In this document: positions 18,301 to 27,264 of the stretch, in pieces
How positions within the stretch are numbered: the first letter of the stretch is position 1
Layout: each line of letters opens with the position of its first letter
Assembly: GCA_029907105.1 (NCBI GenBank)
Contig: JARYMM010000005.1
Location: 8,563 to 72,562 of the forward strand
Length of the DNA stretch: 64,000 nucleotides
From: Anaerolineae bacterium
GTDB lineage: Bacteria > Chloroflexota > Anaerolineae > UBA3071
Direction: 5' to 3'
Made by a program: the position numbers and the translations under genes
The notes under the pieces: generated by a model
Database searches by the model: none
Told to the model about the DNA's origin: nothing
The model's input: the letters and a program-made list of their open reading frames with translations, nothing else

Positions 18301-20071
18301 CGACGGCGGCGCCACCTGGACGCATCAGCCCTCGCCGCTATGGGGCGTCCTGGAGGTGAAGCACATCGCCCCTGTGGAACCGACCTGGCAGACGGTGTAC
18401 GCGGCCGGCGTCAGCGAAGGCGGCGGCGGCGCAATCCTCAAGAGCAGCGACGGCGGCGCGACCTGGCAACAGGCGACGCCGCTCTACGCCGACATCTGGT
18501 GGATCACCGACCTGCTGGTGGACCCGGCCAATACGCTGGTGGTGCGCTTCACCGAGCCGCACATGCCGTGGTGGAGCCGCGACGGCGGCACCACCTGGTG
18601 GTGGAGCTGGTCCGGCCTGCATGACGTGGTCTATAACCCCGGCGGCCCGCCCGATCAGACCTACGGCCTCTACGACCTGGAGCTGGACGCCGCCGATCAC
18701 GAGCAGCTTTACCTGGGCACCATCCGCGGGCTCTACGTCAGCGGCGACGGCGGCTGGGCCTGGTACAAGGTCACGGGCGGCCATACGTGGGAGAATGCGC
18801 CCCTGGGCAAACTGCTGCTCCTGGAAGCGGCGCCCACGAAGCTCTACCTGGTGCGGGGTGGGCAGCAAGGTGTCCATGTCTTCGACCTGGGCGGCCTGCC
18901 CCCCATCCCCACACCGACGCCGACCAACACGGTGACGCCCACGGCCACGCGTACTCCCACGCCCACAGCGACGCGCACGCCGACACCCACCCCCACGCGT
19001 ACACCCACCGGCACAGCGACGCCCACCGCGACGCGCACGCCGACGCCGGCGGCGCCCTATGTGCTGGCGACCATTGCCCTGCCCGCAGGCAGCCACCCGC
19101 ATGGCGTGGCCCTCGACCTGGCCGGAAACCGCGCCTTCGTCGGCCATCATGGCCTGAACCACGACGGCCATGCCCTCTCCGTCATTAACGGCAACACGCT
19201 GGCCGTGGCAGCCACCATTGACCTGGGGACAGCAGCGCAAGGACCCAATGGCGTCGCTTACCACCCGGCCACGGATCGGGTCTACGTGGCCAATCGCAAC
19301 AGCAACAACGTCTCCGTGGTCAATCCGACGGCGGGCATCGTGGTCAAGCATCTGCCTGTGGGCTCCATGCCCAACGGCGTAGCTGTGGTGGACAACCTGG
19401 TGTACGTGGCCAACTTCAACGACGGCACGGTGACGGTGATAGACGCCAGCACAGCCACGGTGGATCACACCATCCCGCTAGTGGGGACGCAGCCGTCGCA
19501 CTTCGCCGTGGACCAGGCCCAGAGCTACGCCTATCTGAGCCTGCATGGCGACGGGGCGGTGAGCTACCTGCACGACGGCGACCGCTGGAACTATCTTCCC
19601 GGCATACCCGAAGCCTATGGGATTGCCTTCAATCCTGTGGCCCGCCGGCTGTACGTGGGCAGCCGCGGGTTCCACCACAGGGTGACGATGGTGGATGTGG
19701 ACACGAACACCCAGCTGGGCGCGTTCCCGGTGGACTGTGAACCGTACATGCTGGGCGTCAACCCCAACACGGGGCACTTCTTCGTCGTCAACAGGGACTT
19801 CGTGCAGGTACGGCGCACGGCAGATACGACCCTGGTGACCACGCTGCCACTGCCCATCGGGGCGGAGGAGGGGATCGCTGTGGACACGGTGCGCAACCGC
19901 GTCTACATCACCAGCCGCGACTCGGACACGGTGACCGTAGTGCAGGATACACCACTACCTGTCACTGCGAGCGAAGCGAAGCAGTCTCCTGGAATCAATA
20001 GGAGATTGCTTCGCCCCTTCGGGGCTCGCAATGACGCCAACTCAACGCTATATCTCACGTTGCAAGGCTGA
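12338..20071 (+). CDS. giant secreted multidomain protein, paralog of the upstream gene: BNR/Asp-box propellers, CBM-like modules, Thr/Pro linkers, YVTN propeller
   Basis: Start ATG 12338 (RBS AAGGAG, signal peptide MRKRILPPLVLALILSV). More than 25 Asp-box motifs (STNGGWSW, STDGGDTW and others). NSGFEFDTGW and VNGGFETDEVW CBM-like modules. TP linkers. YVTN repeats. The last ~38 codons and the stop come from the family-A MITE copy 2. Confidence 0.8.
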   Translation: MRKRILPPLVLALILSVLTLGTASWALESGNAQVVYPISNLQSPTSDFQPLTSGPRGGSVAAVAISPNFPSDRIAFAGVRGYGVYRSTNGGWSWERVTPDEERSGWAIGDLEVSPAFPDDETVFVLTNIWTYGGNVYRSTDGGDTWYPPQSHPDGILPGLRALAVSPDFANDQTVYALHSSRSLVSTDGGRHFTDLPDWFGGQNVQVLAFSPRYATDRILFAVAGGTLYRSTNAGGSWTAIGAGLPGSPEVLAVAPGFAHPGPLLAVSSLDHAVYFSSDSGDHWVASDLTLGASTRPWLAFAPDYPSSLVAFAGSGGPTGVYRSTDGGLHWQVVGEPTEDGNGLPGPNSFDMAFSPAYATDYLSLLATSAGVYRTASPGDPPPWWPRNDGLPRLPVARIAAAPAWTNTLFAATSFFETVRAYSTSSRYDGNIHRSTDGGQTWQPVSPRLDSVQALVISPNFPGDHTLFAATGYLAGHGQQGGTVYRSTDSGLHWEAVGDLVYIHDLVISPDYGHDRTLFANAQYSTGMPVGPGIFRSTDGGETWTRLSDMFPAWLAISPNFADDNILFAATPASLYRSANRGASWTPVLGGSFSAPPVISPHFWLDRTAYVVNGDQLYRSKDAGLTWQPVADDLPDGPGPVLRFGPADGLTTVVGGSVGTGGTQGTQSIVFHSTDGGSHWPSLDGPLPMGVDDMLWYRSVPGNMWTLFAAGDDGLWSLRWAEEAPWFGEWRSGGPRGGQALAIALSPEFASDGLVFAGGGQWLSGRGDRTGKGLFRSADGGQTWMASGKSTFSGYASSIEDVDISSHWPSDGTAFVGTWGGVYRTTDWGATWQRVAEEVLHTPGAATTVAMSPGFYLDGIVLAGGGYGGLFYTEDGGDHWQITLGEIGPSADVAFSPAFLADTTAFAGAYDGVWRTEDRAAHWGHVLDLDSGSVSDVEVSCDFENDRTVYAATWIGTAPPYMMRSTDGGDTWHVADSGLDRLINAMDTACDGGSTILFAGGTALFRSTDGGESWQMLPGWPEGVSIQELAVSPQFASDHTLLAGTYAGVYRSTDGGASWTLSEGFVPLETRVVAPSPAYAADGTLFAGTEMGVYRSTDRGHSWQPANKGLVGSYAVTILDVVVSPQFASDHTLFASWKLSGRIGGNVYRSTDAGENWERLWGTGYVGDLAISPQFPGDQTLFAVAEGMVFKSTDGGVSFTPKLSELTPAVEIGISPQYGSDHTVYAVGYGPVYRSTDGGETWLPLAGWPPHYGIGLSPAFGADGTLFATYREIEGSGLRPESGVIRSTNRGASWDLATAGLPGTYEPWPQSLALSPDFATDRMLFTAVSGIPHLGPNQVYGSASAGDGWAPLPPIPGEPSLYKLSVSSPLPLGEGPGVRELHAGTAAGAWHYSSACFNAIANSGFEFDTGWTMPITPYPAAYSTDLAHSGYRSLRTGIPPGGPNMLSYSSAYQTVSIPAGAASVTLRFWEYPLSGEASQLKMPAHVNPLTASLAVDAQYVLVLDASGQWLRTLLWQAADSRLWTQHQFDLSDYAGQTIRLHFGTYNNGTGGLTAMYVDDVVLEVCPELPPTPTPTRTPTATPTVGPSPTPTATPVRDRFQYLPLVLKRYVPPRPTPTATPTRTPSPTRTPTPTFTPSPTVGPSPTATPTPTPSGACTEAVVNGGFETDEVWVRPVTAMQAVYSTAVAHGGTRSMRTGIPAGGSNILSYSSAYQTITLPPGPGTATLSFWYYPVSGEATATTSQLQAEGGYSILDTRYSNIQYPISNTQYPSFSPAAADRQYALLRDGAGTWHVLLWTLSNARTWLRYEADLSAYRGQTVRLHFETYNDGVGGTTAMYLDDVSIQVCPPTPPTPTATLTPTPTRTPPADALIINGEWVHGLVGHRASSTLYAYSATHLYRSNDAGMTWATAGSAVGEFLMSPANPNVLYRGPGYPCLAGGPDVPMYKSTDGGASWFELPAGLNLKVLAAHLTDPNRVYAAGCNGPYLTSDGGATWTHQPSPLWGVLEVKHIAPVEPTWQTVYAAGVSEGGGGAILKSSDGGATWQQATPLYADIWWITDLLVDPANTLVVRFTEPHMPWWSRDGGTTWWWSWSGLHDVVYNPGGPPDQTYGLYDLELDAADHEQLYLGTIRGLYVSGDGGWAWYKVTGGHTWENAPLGKLLLLEAAPTKLYLVRGGQQGVHVFDLGGLPPIPTPTPTNTVTPTATRTPTPTATRTPTPTPTRTPTGTATPTATRTPTPAAPYVLATIALPAGSHPHGVALDLAGNRAFVGHHGLNHDGHALSVINGNTLAVAATIDLGTAAQGPNGVAYHPATDRVYVANRNSNNVSVVNPTAGIVVKHLPVGSMPNGVAVVDNLVYVANFNDGTVTVIDASTATVDHTIPLVGTQPSHFAVDQAQSYAYLSLHGDGAVSYLHDGDRWNYLPGIPEAYGIAFNPVARRLYVGSRGFHHRVTMVDVDTNTQLGAFPVDCEPYMLGVNPNTGHFFVVNRDFVQVRRTADTTLVTTLPLPIGAEEGIAVDTVRNRVYITSRDSDTVTVVQDTPLPVTASEAKQSPGINRRLLRPFGARNDANSTLYLTLQG

Positions 20072-20085
20072 AGGCAGGCAGTTAC
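19966..20085 (+). mobile_element. family-A MITE-like repeat, copy 2 (5' truncated or diverged left end)
   Basis: About 90% identical to copies at 5537 and 23901 from CTGTCACTGCGAGC to GGCAGTTAC. Lacks the GTAACT left terminus and has no target-site duplication. Overlaps the 3' end of giant gene 2. Confidence 0.55.
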
Positions 20086-20107
20086 GTTAGAACGGGCGTT
20101 CGGAAAC

Positions 20108-20136
20108 TTGACAAATCTGGCTTTCTGTGGTATTGT
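20108..20136 (+). promoter_or_regulatory. sigma70-like promoter for ssb
   Basis: TTGACA (20108-20113), 17-bp spacer, TATTGT (20131-20136), about 70 nt upstream of the ssb ATG. Confidence 0.4.
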
Positions 20137-20208
20137 TGCCCTGTCGTAGCCGCTTGCACAGCGGTCTTGGTAAAGCTCCCATTTACAACACAGAAAGGAG
20201 TTATGCCC

Positions 20209-20589
20209 ATGTACCAGAACACGGTCATCGTGGGAAATCTGGGCCGCGACCCGGAAATGCGCTACACGCCCAGCGGCATCCCCGTCACCAACTTCACCGT
20301 AGCGGTGAACGAGCGCTGGGTAGATCAGGACAACCAGCCGCAGGAACGCACCACCTGGTTCCGGGTCACGGCGTGGCGCAAGCTGGCCGAGGTATGCAAT
20401 CAGTATCTCAGCAAAGGCCGGCAAGTGTTGGTGGAAGGCCGGGTCAGCGCCTCGGCCTGGCAGAATCAGGCCGGAGAGCCACAGGCCACCCTTGAGCTCA
20501 CGGCGCGGACAGTGAAATTCCTGGGGCGGCGGGAGGCTGCTGAGGTCGAGGGGCCCATAGAGGAGGAAGAGGAGATCCCTCCGTTCTAG
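20209..20589 (+). CDS. ssb: single-stranded DNA-binding protein
   Basis: MYQNTVIVGNLGRDPEMRYTPSGIPVTNFTVAVNERW matches the SSB OB-fold N-terminus. Acidic C-terminal tail EEEEIPPF. RBS AAAGGAG 8 nt upstream of this ATG. The tool ORF starts earlier at a TTG. Confidence 0.85.
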   Translation: MYQNTVIVGNLGRDPEMRYTPSGIPVTNFTVAVNERWVDQDNQPQERTTWFRVTAWRKLAEVCNQYLSKGRQVLVEGRVSASAWQNQAGEPQATLELTARTVKFLGRREAAEVEGPIEEEEEIPPF

Positions 20590-20608
20590 CAGTTTGTCGG
20601 AGAGGGCC

Positions 20609-20711
20609 GTCATTCTGAGGAGCGGGAGCGGCCGAGCTGCCGGAGCGACGAAGAATCTCACTTCACAGCCAAAAACGAGATTCTTCGGCCCCTTCGGGGC
20701 CTCAGAATGAC
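20609..20711 (+). repeat. family-A-prime structured element (103 bp), architectural relative of family A
   Basis: Outer stem GTCATTCTGAGG/CCTCAGAATGAC. Inner hairpin CGAAGAATCTC...GAGATTCTTCG. GCCCCTTCGGGGC tetraloop hairpin. Same three-stem layout as family A with compensatory stem changes. Sits in the convergent ssb / lipid-kinase intergenic region and is nested in a longer palindrome (arms about 20595-20604 and 20743-20752). Confidence 0.5.
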
Positions 20712-20827
20712 AAAATGAACGATGTTTTGTGTCGGCACCTTTCTCTCCGACAGGTTGCCGGAGACCTTGGGCGCGAATGAAGCAGACCTCCGAGGTCCGG
20801 GAGACCTCGGAGGTCTTTTGGCTGCGG

Positions 20828-21746
20828 CTATATGCGCACGGTGAGCGCGCCGGGCAACAGGCGAAAAGTGGCGGGCGTTTCCCCCACGTACTCGCCATCG
20901 GCCTGCAGGATCAGGCGCTGTGGCGATTCCACCTGCACGCGGCGGGAGCGGTAGGCGTCCACCTTGGGGTGGCTCAGGTGTGTGCCGCGATAGACGCGGG
21001 GCACCTGCATCAGCAATTCCAGCTTTGTGACATCGCCGATGACGATGACGTCGAAAAGGCCATCGTCAGGGGTGGCGTCCGGCGCAATGTGCATGCCCCC
21101 GCCGAAGTAACGCCCGTTGGCCACGACGACGGCATTGGCCCGCTGCTCCCATGTGCGGTCGTCCAGGGTGATGGTTACGGGCTTGTTCTCGTAGGTGATG
21201 AGGGTGAGGAGCAGGCCGGTAAGGTAGGGGATGGTGCCGCCGCCAGCCTTGGACATGCGGTTCACCCGGGCGGCCACCTCGCCGTCGAAGCCCAGGCCGG
21301 CGGCATTGGGAAAGCACTCGACGACCTGCCGCCCCTCGCGCCAGCAGTGGATGACCCCCAGGTCAATGCGCCGGTCCGAGCCGTGTGTCAGCCGGCGGAC
21401 AGCCGCCAGCGGGTCCTGCGCCAGGCCCACGGTGCGGGCAAAGTCGGACCCTGTGCCGCAGCAGATGGCACCCAGAACCACCCCTGCGGGAACCTCATAT
21501 TCAATCACCAGGCCGTTGACCACCTCGTGCATCGTGCCGTCGCCACCGACGGCAACAATCAGGCGGCACCCCTCGGCCACAGCCTGGCGAGCCAGCTCCA
21601 CGGCGTGGTCGGGGCCTTCGGTGAACACATAGTCGAACTCCGTCCCCCCGGCGTGCAACTCCTCGCTCAATCGTGGCCACAGCTTTGCCCCCCGGCCGTT
21701 TCCGGCCACCGGATTGACGATCAGTCGCATCGGTTGTGCGCTCATC
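20828..21746 (-). CDS. diacylglycerol kinase family lipid kinase (YegS/DagK-like)
   Basis: MRLIVNPVAGNGRG...VAVGGDGT DAGK catalytic-domain motifs. Start ATG 21746 with RBS GGAGGAG. Confidence 0.75.
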
Positions 21747-21953
21747 TTCTCCTCCAGCGGTCGTAGACAGGCACACAAGGCGGGTTATCCCTGTCCACTT
21801 GTTTCCCTGTCTACCTGCAGGGCTTGCGCAGCGATTGAGCGCAAGCCCCAACACGTAGGGGGCAGGGGATGAGCGAGGGGACACCCCTCGTACTCCCCGG
21901 GCTTCCGCTACGCACGCCCCCTGCATCCTCCCTCTAGGCATCTGGCGGCTTTT

Positions 21954-21959
21954 GGTGTA
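21954..21959 (+). promoter_or_regulatory. TATAAT -10 box upstream of the membrane protein gene
   Basis: GGTGTATAATG about 45 nt upstream of ATG 22003. The -35 element is weak (TAGGCA). Confidence 0.25.
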
Positions 21960-22002
21960 TAATGTCTCCACATCCCCATCAGGACGATAGGCGATAAGCG
22001 AG

Positions 22003-23442
22003 ATGCGATACGCGAAACTGGACGCCCTGCTGCTGACCCTGCTCGTCATGGCCCGGGTGCGCATTGACACCCTGGCCGAAGCCGCCGTGCTCCCCCTGCG
22101 GCAACAGGATGTGGCCCGCCACCCGCTGCTGGGGCGGCTGCTCTCGCCTGCGGCCATGGAACTGCTGGCCCAGCAGGGCTTTGCCGACCCCATCACCCTG
22201 CTGCTCATCGTGCTGGCCCTGGCCGCGCTGGCCGCTTACCTGATCCTCAGCTTCAGCTCCGGCCAGCTCAGCCGCCGCGGCTACCGGGCCAGGCTGGCCC
22301 TCATCTGGCTCATCGTGGTGCTGACCGTCGTCGCCCCCACGTTGAAGATGACGCTGCTGCGGGAGCAGAGCGGGCCGGCCAGTTATTGCCACGACGGCGG
22401 CGTCATCCAGACTGAAGTTACCATCGAGTATCTTCTCAGCGGCCGCAACCCCTACGTTGAGGACTACCTGCAAACGCCCATGGCCGAATGGGGGTTGAGC
22501 GAGTTCCGCACGGCGCTCTACCATTACCCTTACCTGCCCTGGACCTTCGTTTTCTCGGCACCATTTTACGGGTTGAGCCAGGCAGTCCTCGGCTGGTACG
22601 ACCAGCGCTTCGTCTATCTCTTGCTGTTTGTGCTCACCCTGGCCCTGGCCCCGGCGCTGGCCGGCGGGCGCCAAAGCAGGCTGTTGCTGGTCATGACTTT
22701 GGGGCTCAACCCCATCATGGGCAGCGACATCATCTTCGGCCAGAACGACAGCTTCGTGCTCTTCTGGATTGTGCTGGCGCTGGTGCTTCTGGCCCGTGGC
22801 AAGGAGATGACCGATGAGCGCCGCGCCACGCCCTGGCGGCTGGGCTCGGCGGCGGCTTTCGGCCTGGCCTGCGCTTCCAAGCCCACGGCCTGGCTGCTGG
22901 TTCCCTTCTACGTGCTGCTGCTCGTGCCAGCGTCGTGTGCCGGCCAGGAGACCGGCGCCAACCGGAGGGGGTGGGCTCGCTGGCTGCTGACTTTGCTGCG
23001 CCGGGCCTGGCCGGCCCTGGCACTCTTCCTGCTCCTCGTTTTGCCTTATCTCATCTGGGACGCCGGGGCCATGGTGGACGACGTATGGCGCTGGGCGAGC
23101 GGGCGCGGGGAGCACGCTTACCAGATCTGGGGCTGGGGCGCTTCCAATCTGCTGCTGGCGCTGGGCTGGGTAAACTCCCGCTTCGACACCTGGCCCTTCT
23201 GGCTGCCGCAGCTTCTCGTCTGTGGGCCGCTTTTGGCCTTTCTGCTCTGGCGGCAGTGGCGGGACAATCGCATCGCCGCTGCGAGCAGCGGCTACGCCGT
23301 CTTCCTCCTGGCCTTCTTCTTCCTCTCTCGCTTCCTGAACGAAAACTACCTGGGCTACATCCTGGCCTTTCTGGCCCTGGGCGTGTTCGGAGGGGGAAAA
23401 GAAGCGCAAAGGGAGCCTTTCAGCCCCGGTTTGGCGTCATAG
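22003..23442 (+). CDS. polytopic membrane protein, possibly a GT-C-type (DUF2029/GT87-like) glycosyltransferase
   Basis: More than 10 predicted TM segments. Trp/Arg-rich loops resembling PMT/ArnT-like lipid-linked glycosyltransferases. Family assignment is tentative. Confidence 0.4.
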   Translation: MRYAKLDALLLTLLVMARVRIDTLAEAAVLPLRQQDVARHPLLGRLLSPAAMELLAQQGFADPITLLLIVLALAALAAYLILSFSSGQLSRRGYRARLALIWLIVVLTVVAPTLKMTLLREQSGPASYCHDGGVIQTEVTIEYLLSGRNPYVEDYLQTPMAEWGLSEFRTALYHYPYLPWTFVFSAPFYGLSQAVLGWYDQRFVYLLLFVLTLALAPALAGGRQSRLLLVMTLGLNPIMGSDIIFGQNDSFVLFWIVLALVLLARGKEMTDERRATPWRLGSAAAFGLACASKPTAWLLVPFYVLLLVPASCAGQETGANRRGWARWLLTLLRRAWPALALFLLLVLPYLIWDAGAMVDDVWRWASGRGEHAYQIWGWGASNLLLALGWVNSRFDTWPFWLPQLLVCGPLLAFLLWRQWRDNRIAAASSGYAVFLLAFFFLSRFLNENYLGYILAFLALGVFGGGKEAQREPFSPGLAS

Positions 23443-23449
23443 TTCGTAT

Positions 23450-23674
23450 CTACGCTGGCCGTAAGGTGGCCTGATGAGCCGCTTCAGCGCGGGCGACGTT
23501 GGCCTCGATTTCCTGTACGAGGGTGGTTATCTCCGGTGCCAACTTCGTATAACCGCAGCGCGGCGTTCGACATACGTACCAGGCCACACCGCGCAAGATG
23601 ACACGACCTCCGGCCAGGTGCAAGTCAATGCGGCGCATATCCATACCACCCCCGCAGCGATCACAGCGGCTCAC
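23450..23674 (-). CDS. YgiT-type zinc-finger domain protein (MqsA N-terminal-like)
   Basis: CDRCGGG...(26 aa)...VAWYVCRTPRCGYT matches the C-x2-C...VPAWVCxxCGExY YgiT zinc-ribbon pattern (recalled). GTG start. Confidence 0.45.
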   Translation of the reverse strand: MSRCDRCGGGMDMRRIDLHLAGGRVILRGVAWYVCRTPRCGYTKLAPEITTLVQEIEANVARAEAAHQATLRPA

Positions 23675-23687
23675 GCGCTCGCTCCAC

Positions 23688-23804
23688 TCAAAGGTAAACC
23701 ATTCCCCCTCTCATCATCTCCCCGGTGTCTGTAGCGTCCCAATACGCCGCTTCCTCGGCTATCGCCTGACGAATAGCTTCTCTGTCCGCTTGTTTTTCGC
23801 TCAT
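23688..23804 (-). CDS. small acidic ORF (38 aa) upstream of and co-oriented with the zinc-finger gene
   Basis: ATG preceded by GAGGAGATC. Product MSEKQADREAIRQAIAEEAAYWDATDTGEMMRGGMVYL. Stop lies 13 nt before the zinc-finger GTG. No homology recognised. Confidence 0.3.
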   Translation of the reverse strand: MSEKQADREAIRQAIAEEAAYWDATDTGEMMRGGMVYL

Positions 23805-23900
23805 GATCTCCTCAGCCTCCTGTAACGGTGCTTCTCCCCCCTTGTCATATCACGAGCCGTGACCACGTAGAAGACGTCGTCGTAACTTCTGTCCAGAACG

Positions 23901-24042
23901 GTAACTACCTACCCTGTCACTGCGAGCGAAGCGAAGCAGTCTCCTGGAATCGAAACAGGAGATTGCTTCGCCCCTTCGGGGCTCGCAATGACGCCAGCCC
24001 ACCGCTATATCTCACGTTGCAAGGCCGAAGGTAGGCAGTTAC
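23901..24042 (+). mobile_element. family-A MITE-like repeat, copy 3 (142 bp, intact termini)
   Basis: Left end GTAACTACCTACC and right end GGTAGGCAGTTAC form a 12/13-bp terminal inverted repeat. Flanked by direct repeat CCAGAACG (8-bp target-site duplication). Confidence 0.6.
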
Positions 24043-24280
24043 CCAGAACGACGAAAAGATACCGGCCGGCAAAGGTTTGCCCGTAGACATGATAACGGGG
24101 CAATCCGTAGCGAGTGATCCCTGCTCGGCGGGCCAAATGGTTGCCTGGTTCGCAGACCTCCTCTACCTCCCAGGGTTCCACGCCGTGCTCGGCGATATGT
24201 TGTACGTTCCACCCATCCTATTCGAGCTCTTCAATGCGCATGCATGTCCTCGCTGCCTCAGTACCCCGCTACCTCGGTGC

Positions 24281-25978
<1,698 letters not shown>

Positions 25979-25982
25979 AGCC

Positions 25983-26510
25983 TCAATATTCGATCCCCTT
26001 TCGTCCCATCACTCCCGAGTTGTACGGATGCTTGATAGCCAGCATCTCGGTCACCAGGTCGGCACGTTTGAAGAGCTCCGTATGCGCGCTGCGGCCGGTG
26101 AGCACCAACTCCACATGCTCCGGCTTGCCCTCCATGAGCGCCAGCACATCGTCCAGGCGAATCAAGTCGTAGTCCACAGCCACGTTCACCTCGTCCAGGA
26201 TGACCACGTCGTAGTCGCCACTGGCGACGATCTGCCGGGCGTGTTCCAGCGCCTCTTGAGCCATGCGAATGTCTTCGGGGTCGGGGTTATCTCGATCCAC
26301 GAATTCGGGGCGGCCGAACTGGCGCAGGGTGATGTTGGGCAAGTGCTGCAGGCTCGTCAGCTCCCCGTAGTGCGGCCAGCCCTTCATGAACTGGATGATG
26401 TAGACCCGCAGCCCATGCCCGGCGGCGCGCAAGGCCAGCCCCAGCGCCGCCGTGGTCTTCCCCTTGCCATCCCCGGTATAGACCTGGATCAGCCCCTGTT
26501 TTAATTTCAT
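25983..26510 (-). CDS. cobO: cob(I)yrinic acid a,c-diamide adenosyltransferase (CobO/BtuR type)
   Basis: [44 protein letters not shown] matches the CobA/CobO P-loop family. Start ATG 26510. Immediately upstream of the mutase gene. Confidence 0.8.
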   Translation of the reverse strand: MKLKQGLIQVYTGDGKGKTTAALGLALRAAGHGLRVYIIQFMKGWPHYGELTSLQHLPNITLRQFGRPEFVDRDNPDPEDIRMAQEALEHARQIVASGDYDVVILDEVNVAVDYDLIRLDDVLALMEGKPEHVELVLTGRSAHTELFKRADLVTEMLAIKHPYNSGVMGRKGIEY

Positions 26511-26657
26511 GATTATGACCCCTTTCAACAAAGAGCCCTGCTCACCTCGCAGGGCTCCCGATATACCCAGCCCCAAGGCTCAGCTTGACAACATGAACAG
26601 TCACCGAGAGCACGATATCAGCGAACTCCGTTAGGGCGATGTCGGCAAGGCGGCGCA

Positions 26658-26933
26658 TCACAATTCTCGTAACAGGCTGAGGAGTTCATCCCGTCTGGCT
26701 TCCAAGTGATCCAGTTGGAAGAAGTCCTCCCACGTGCCGGCCTCTGGCAGTGTGCCCTCCCGATAGCGCGCTTCCATCTCCGCCGCATCCTGCACACCAT
26801 ACTTGTGGCACAGATTAACGATGTCCGCTTGCGCCTCGCGAAGACGGTGTTGCAGATAGACGCGCAGGCTTTCGCGCTCCAACCCCTGTTTGCTCATTTT
26901 CAAACGGGTGGCAAGGGTTCTGTAACTCGTCAT
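26658..26933 (-). CDS. hypothetical small protein (91 aa)
   Basis: ORF only. Charged helical composition. Divergent from the RelE-like remnant. Possible regulator or antitoxin, unsupported. Confidence 0.3.
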   Translation of the reverse strand: MTSYRTLATRLKMSKQGLERESLRVYLQHRLREAQADIVNLCHKYGVQDAAEMEARYREGTLPEAGTWEDFFQLDHLEARRDELLSLLREL

Positions 26934-27028
26934 GCTTCATCTCCTCCCATTCACATTATAGTCCATACCCCACAAACGGCAAAACCGGGCGTGTCAAGCC
27001 TGACCAAGCTTAAGAAATTCCTGCCTGA

Positions 27029-27184
27029 AGTCGCGAAACCCTCTTGACAAATCTAGGGGGTAAGCGGGCCAGTGCGTACCGGATCGTCTACTTCGTGGAT
27101 GACGAGAACCAACCGGTGGAAGTGGGAAAGATCGAGCGCAGGCGAGAACGGACCTACAAAGACATCGAGAAGTTGTTCCGATAA
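27029..27184 (+). pseudogene. remnant of a RelE/ParE-family toxin gene (C-terminal ~40 codons, no start codon)
   Basis: Translation ...RASAYRIVYFVDDENQPVEVGKIERRRERTYKDIEKLFR* matches the RelE/ParE C-terminal consensus (YRIIYxIDDENKxVxIxRIGHRKDVY). The frame opens right after a TGA with no ATG/GTG and no upstream N-terminal half. Confidence 0.45.
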
Positions 27185-27264
27185 GGATGCGTGGAGCGGA
27201 GACCCGAAGCCCCCTTCACCCTTGAGGATGAAGGGGGCTTTAGCTTACAAAAGGGGGGAGCCAC

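Noticed and set aside
26658-27184. Intact RelE/ParE-antitoxin pair formed by the 91-aa ORF and the RelE-like fragment
   Set aside because: The two are divergently oriented. The toxin fragment has no start and lacks its N-terminal half. The 91-aa ORF has no recognisable antitoxin fold.
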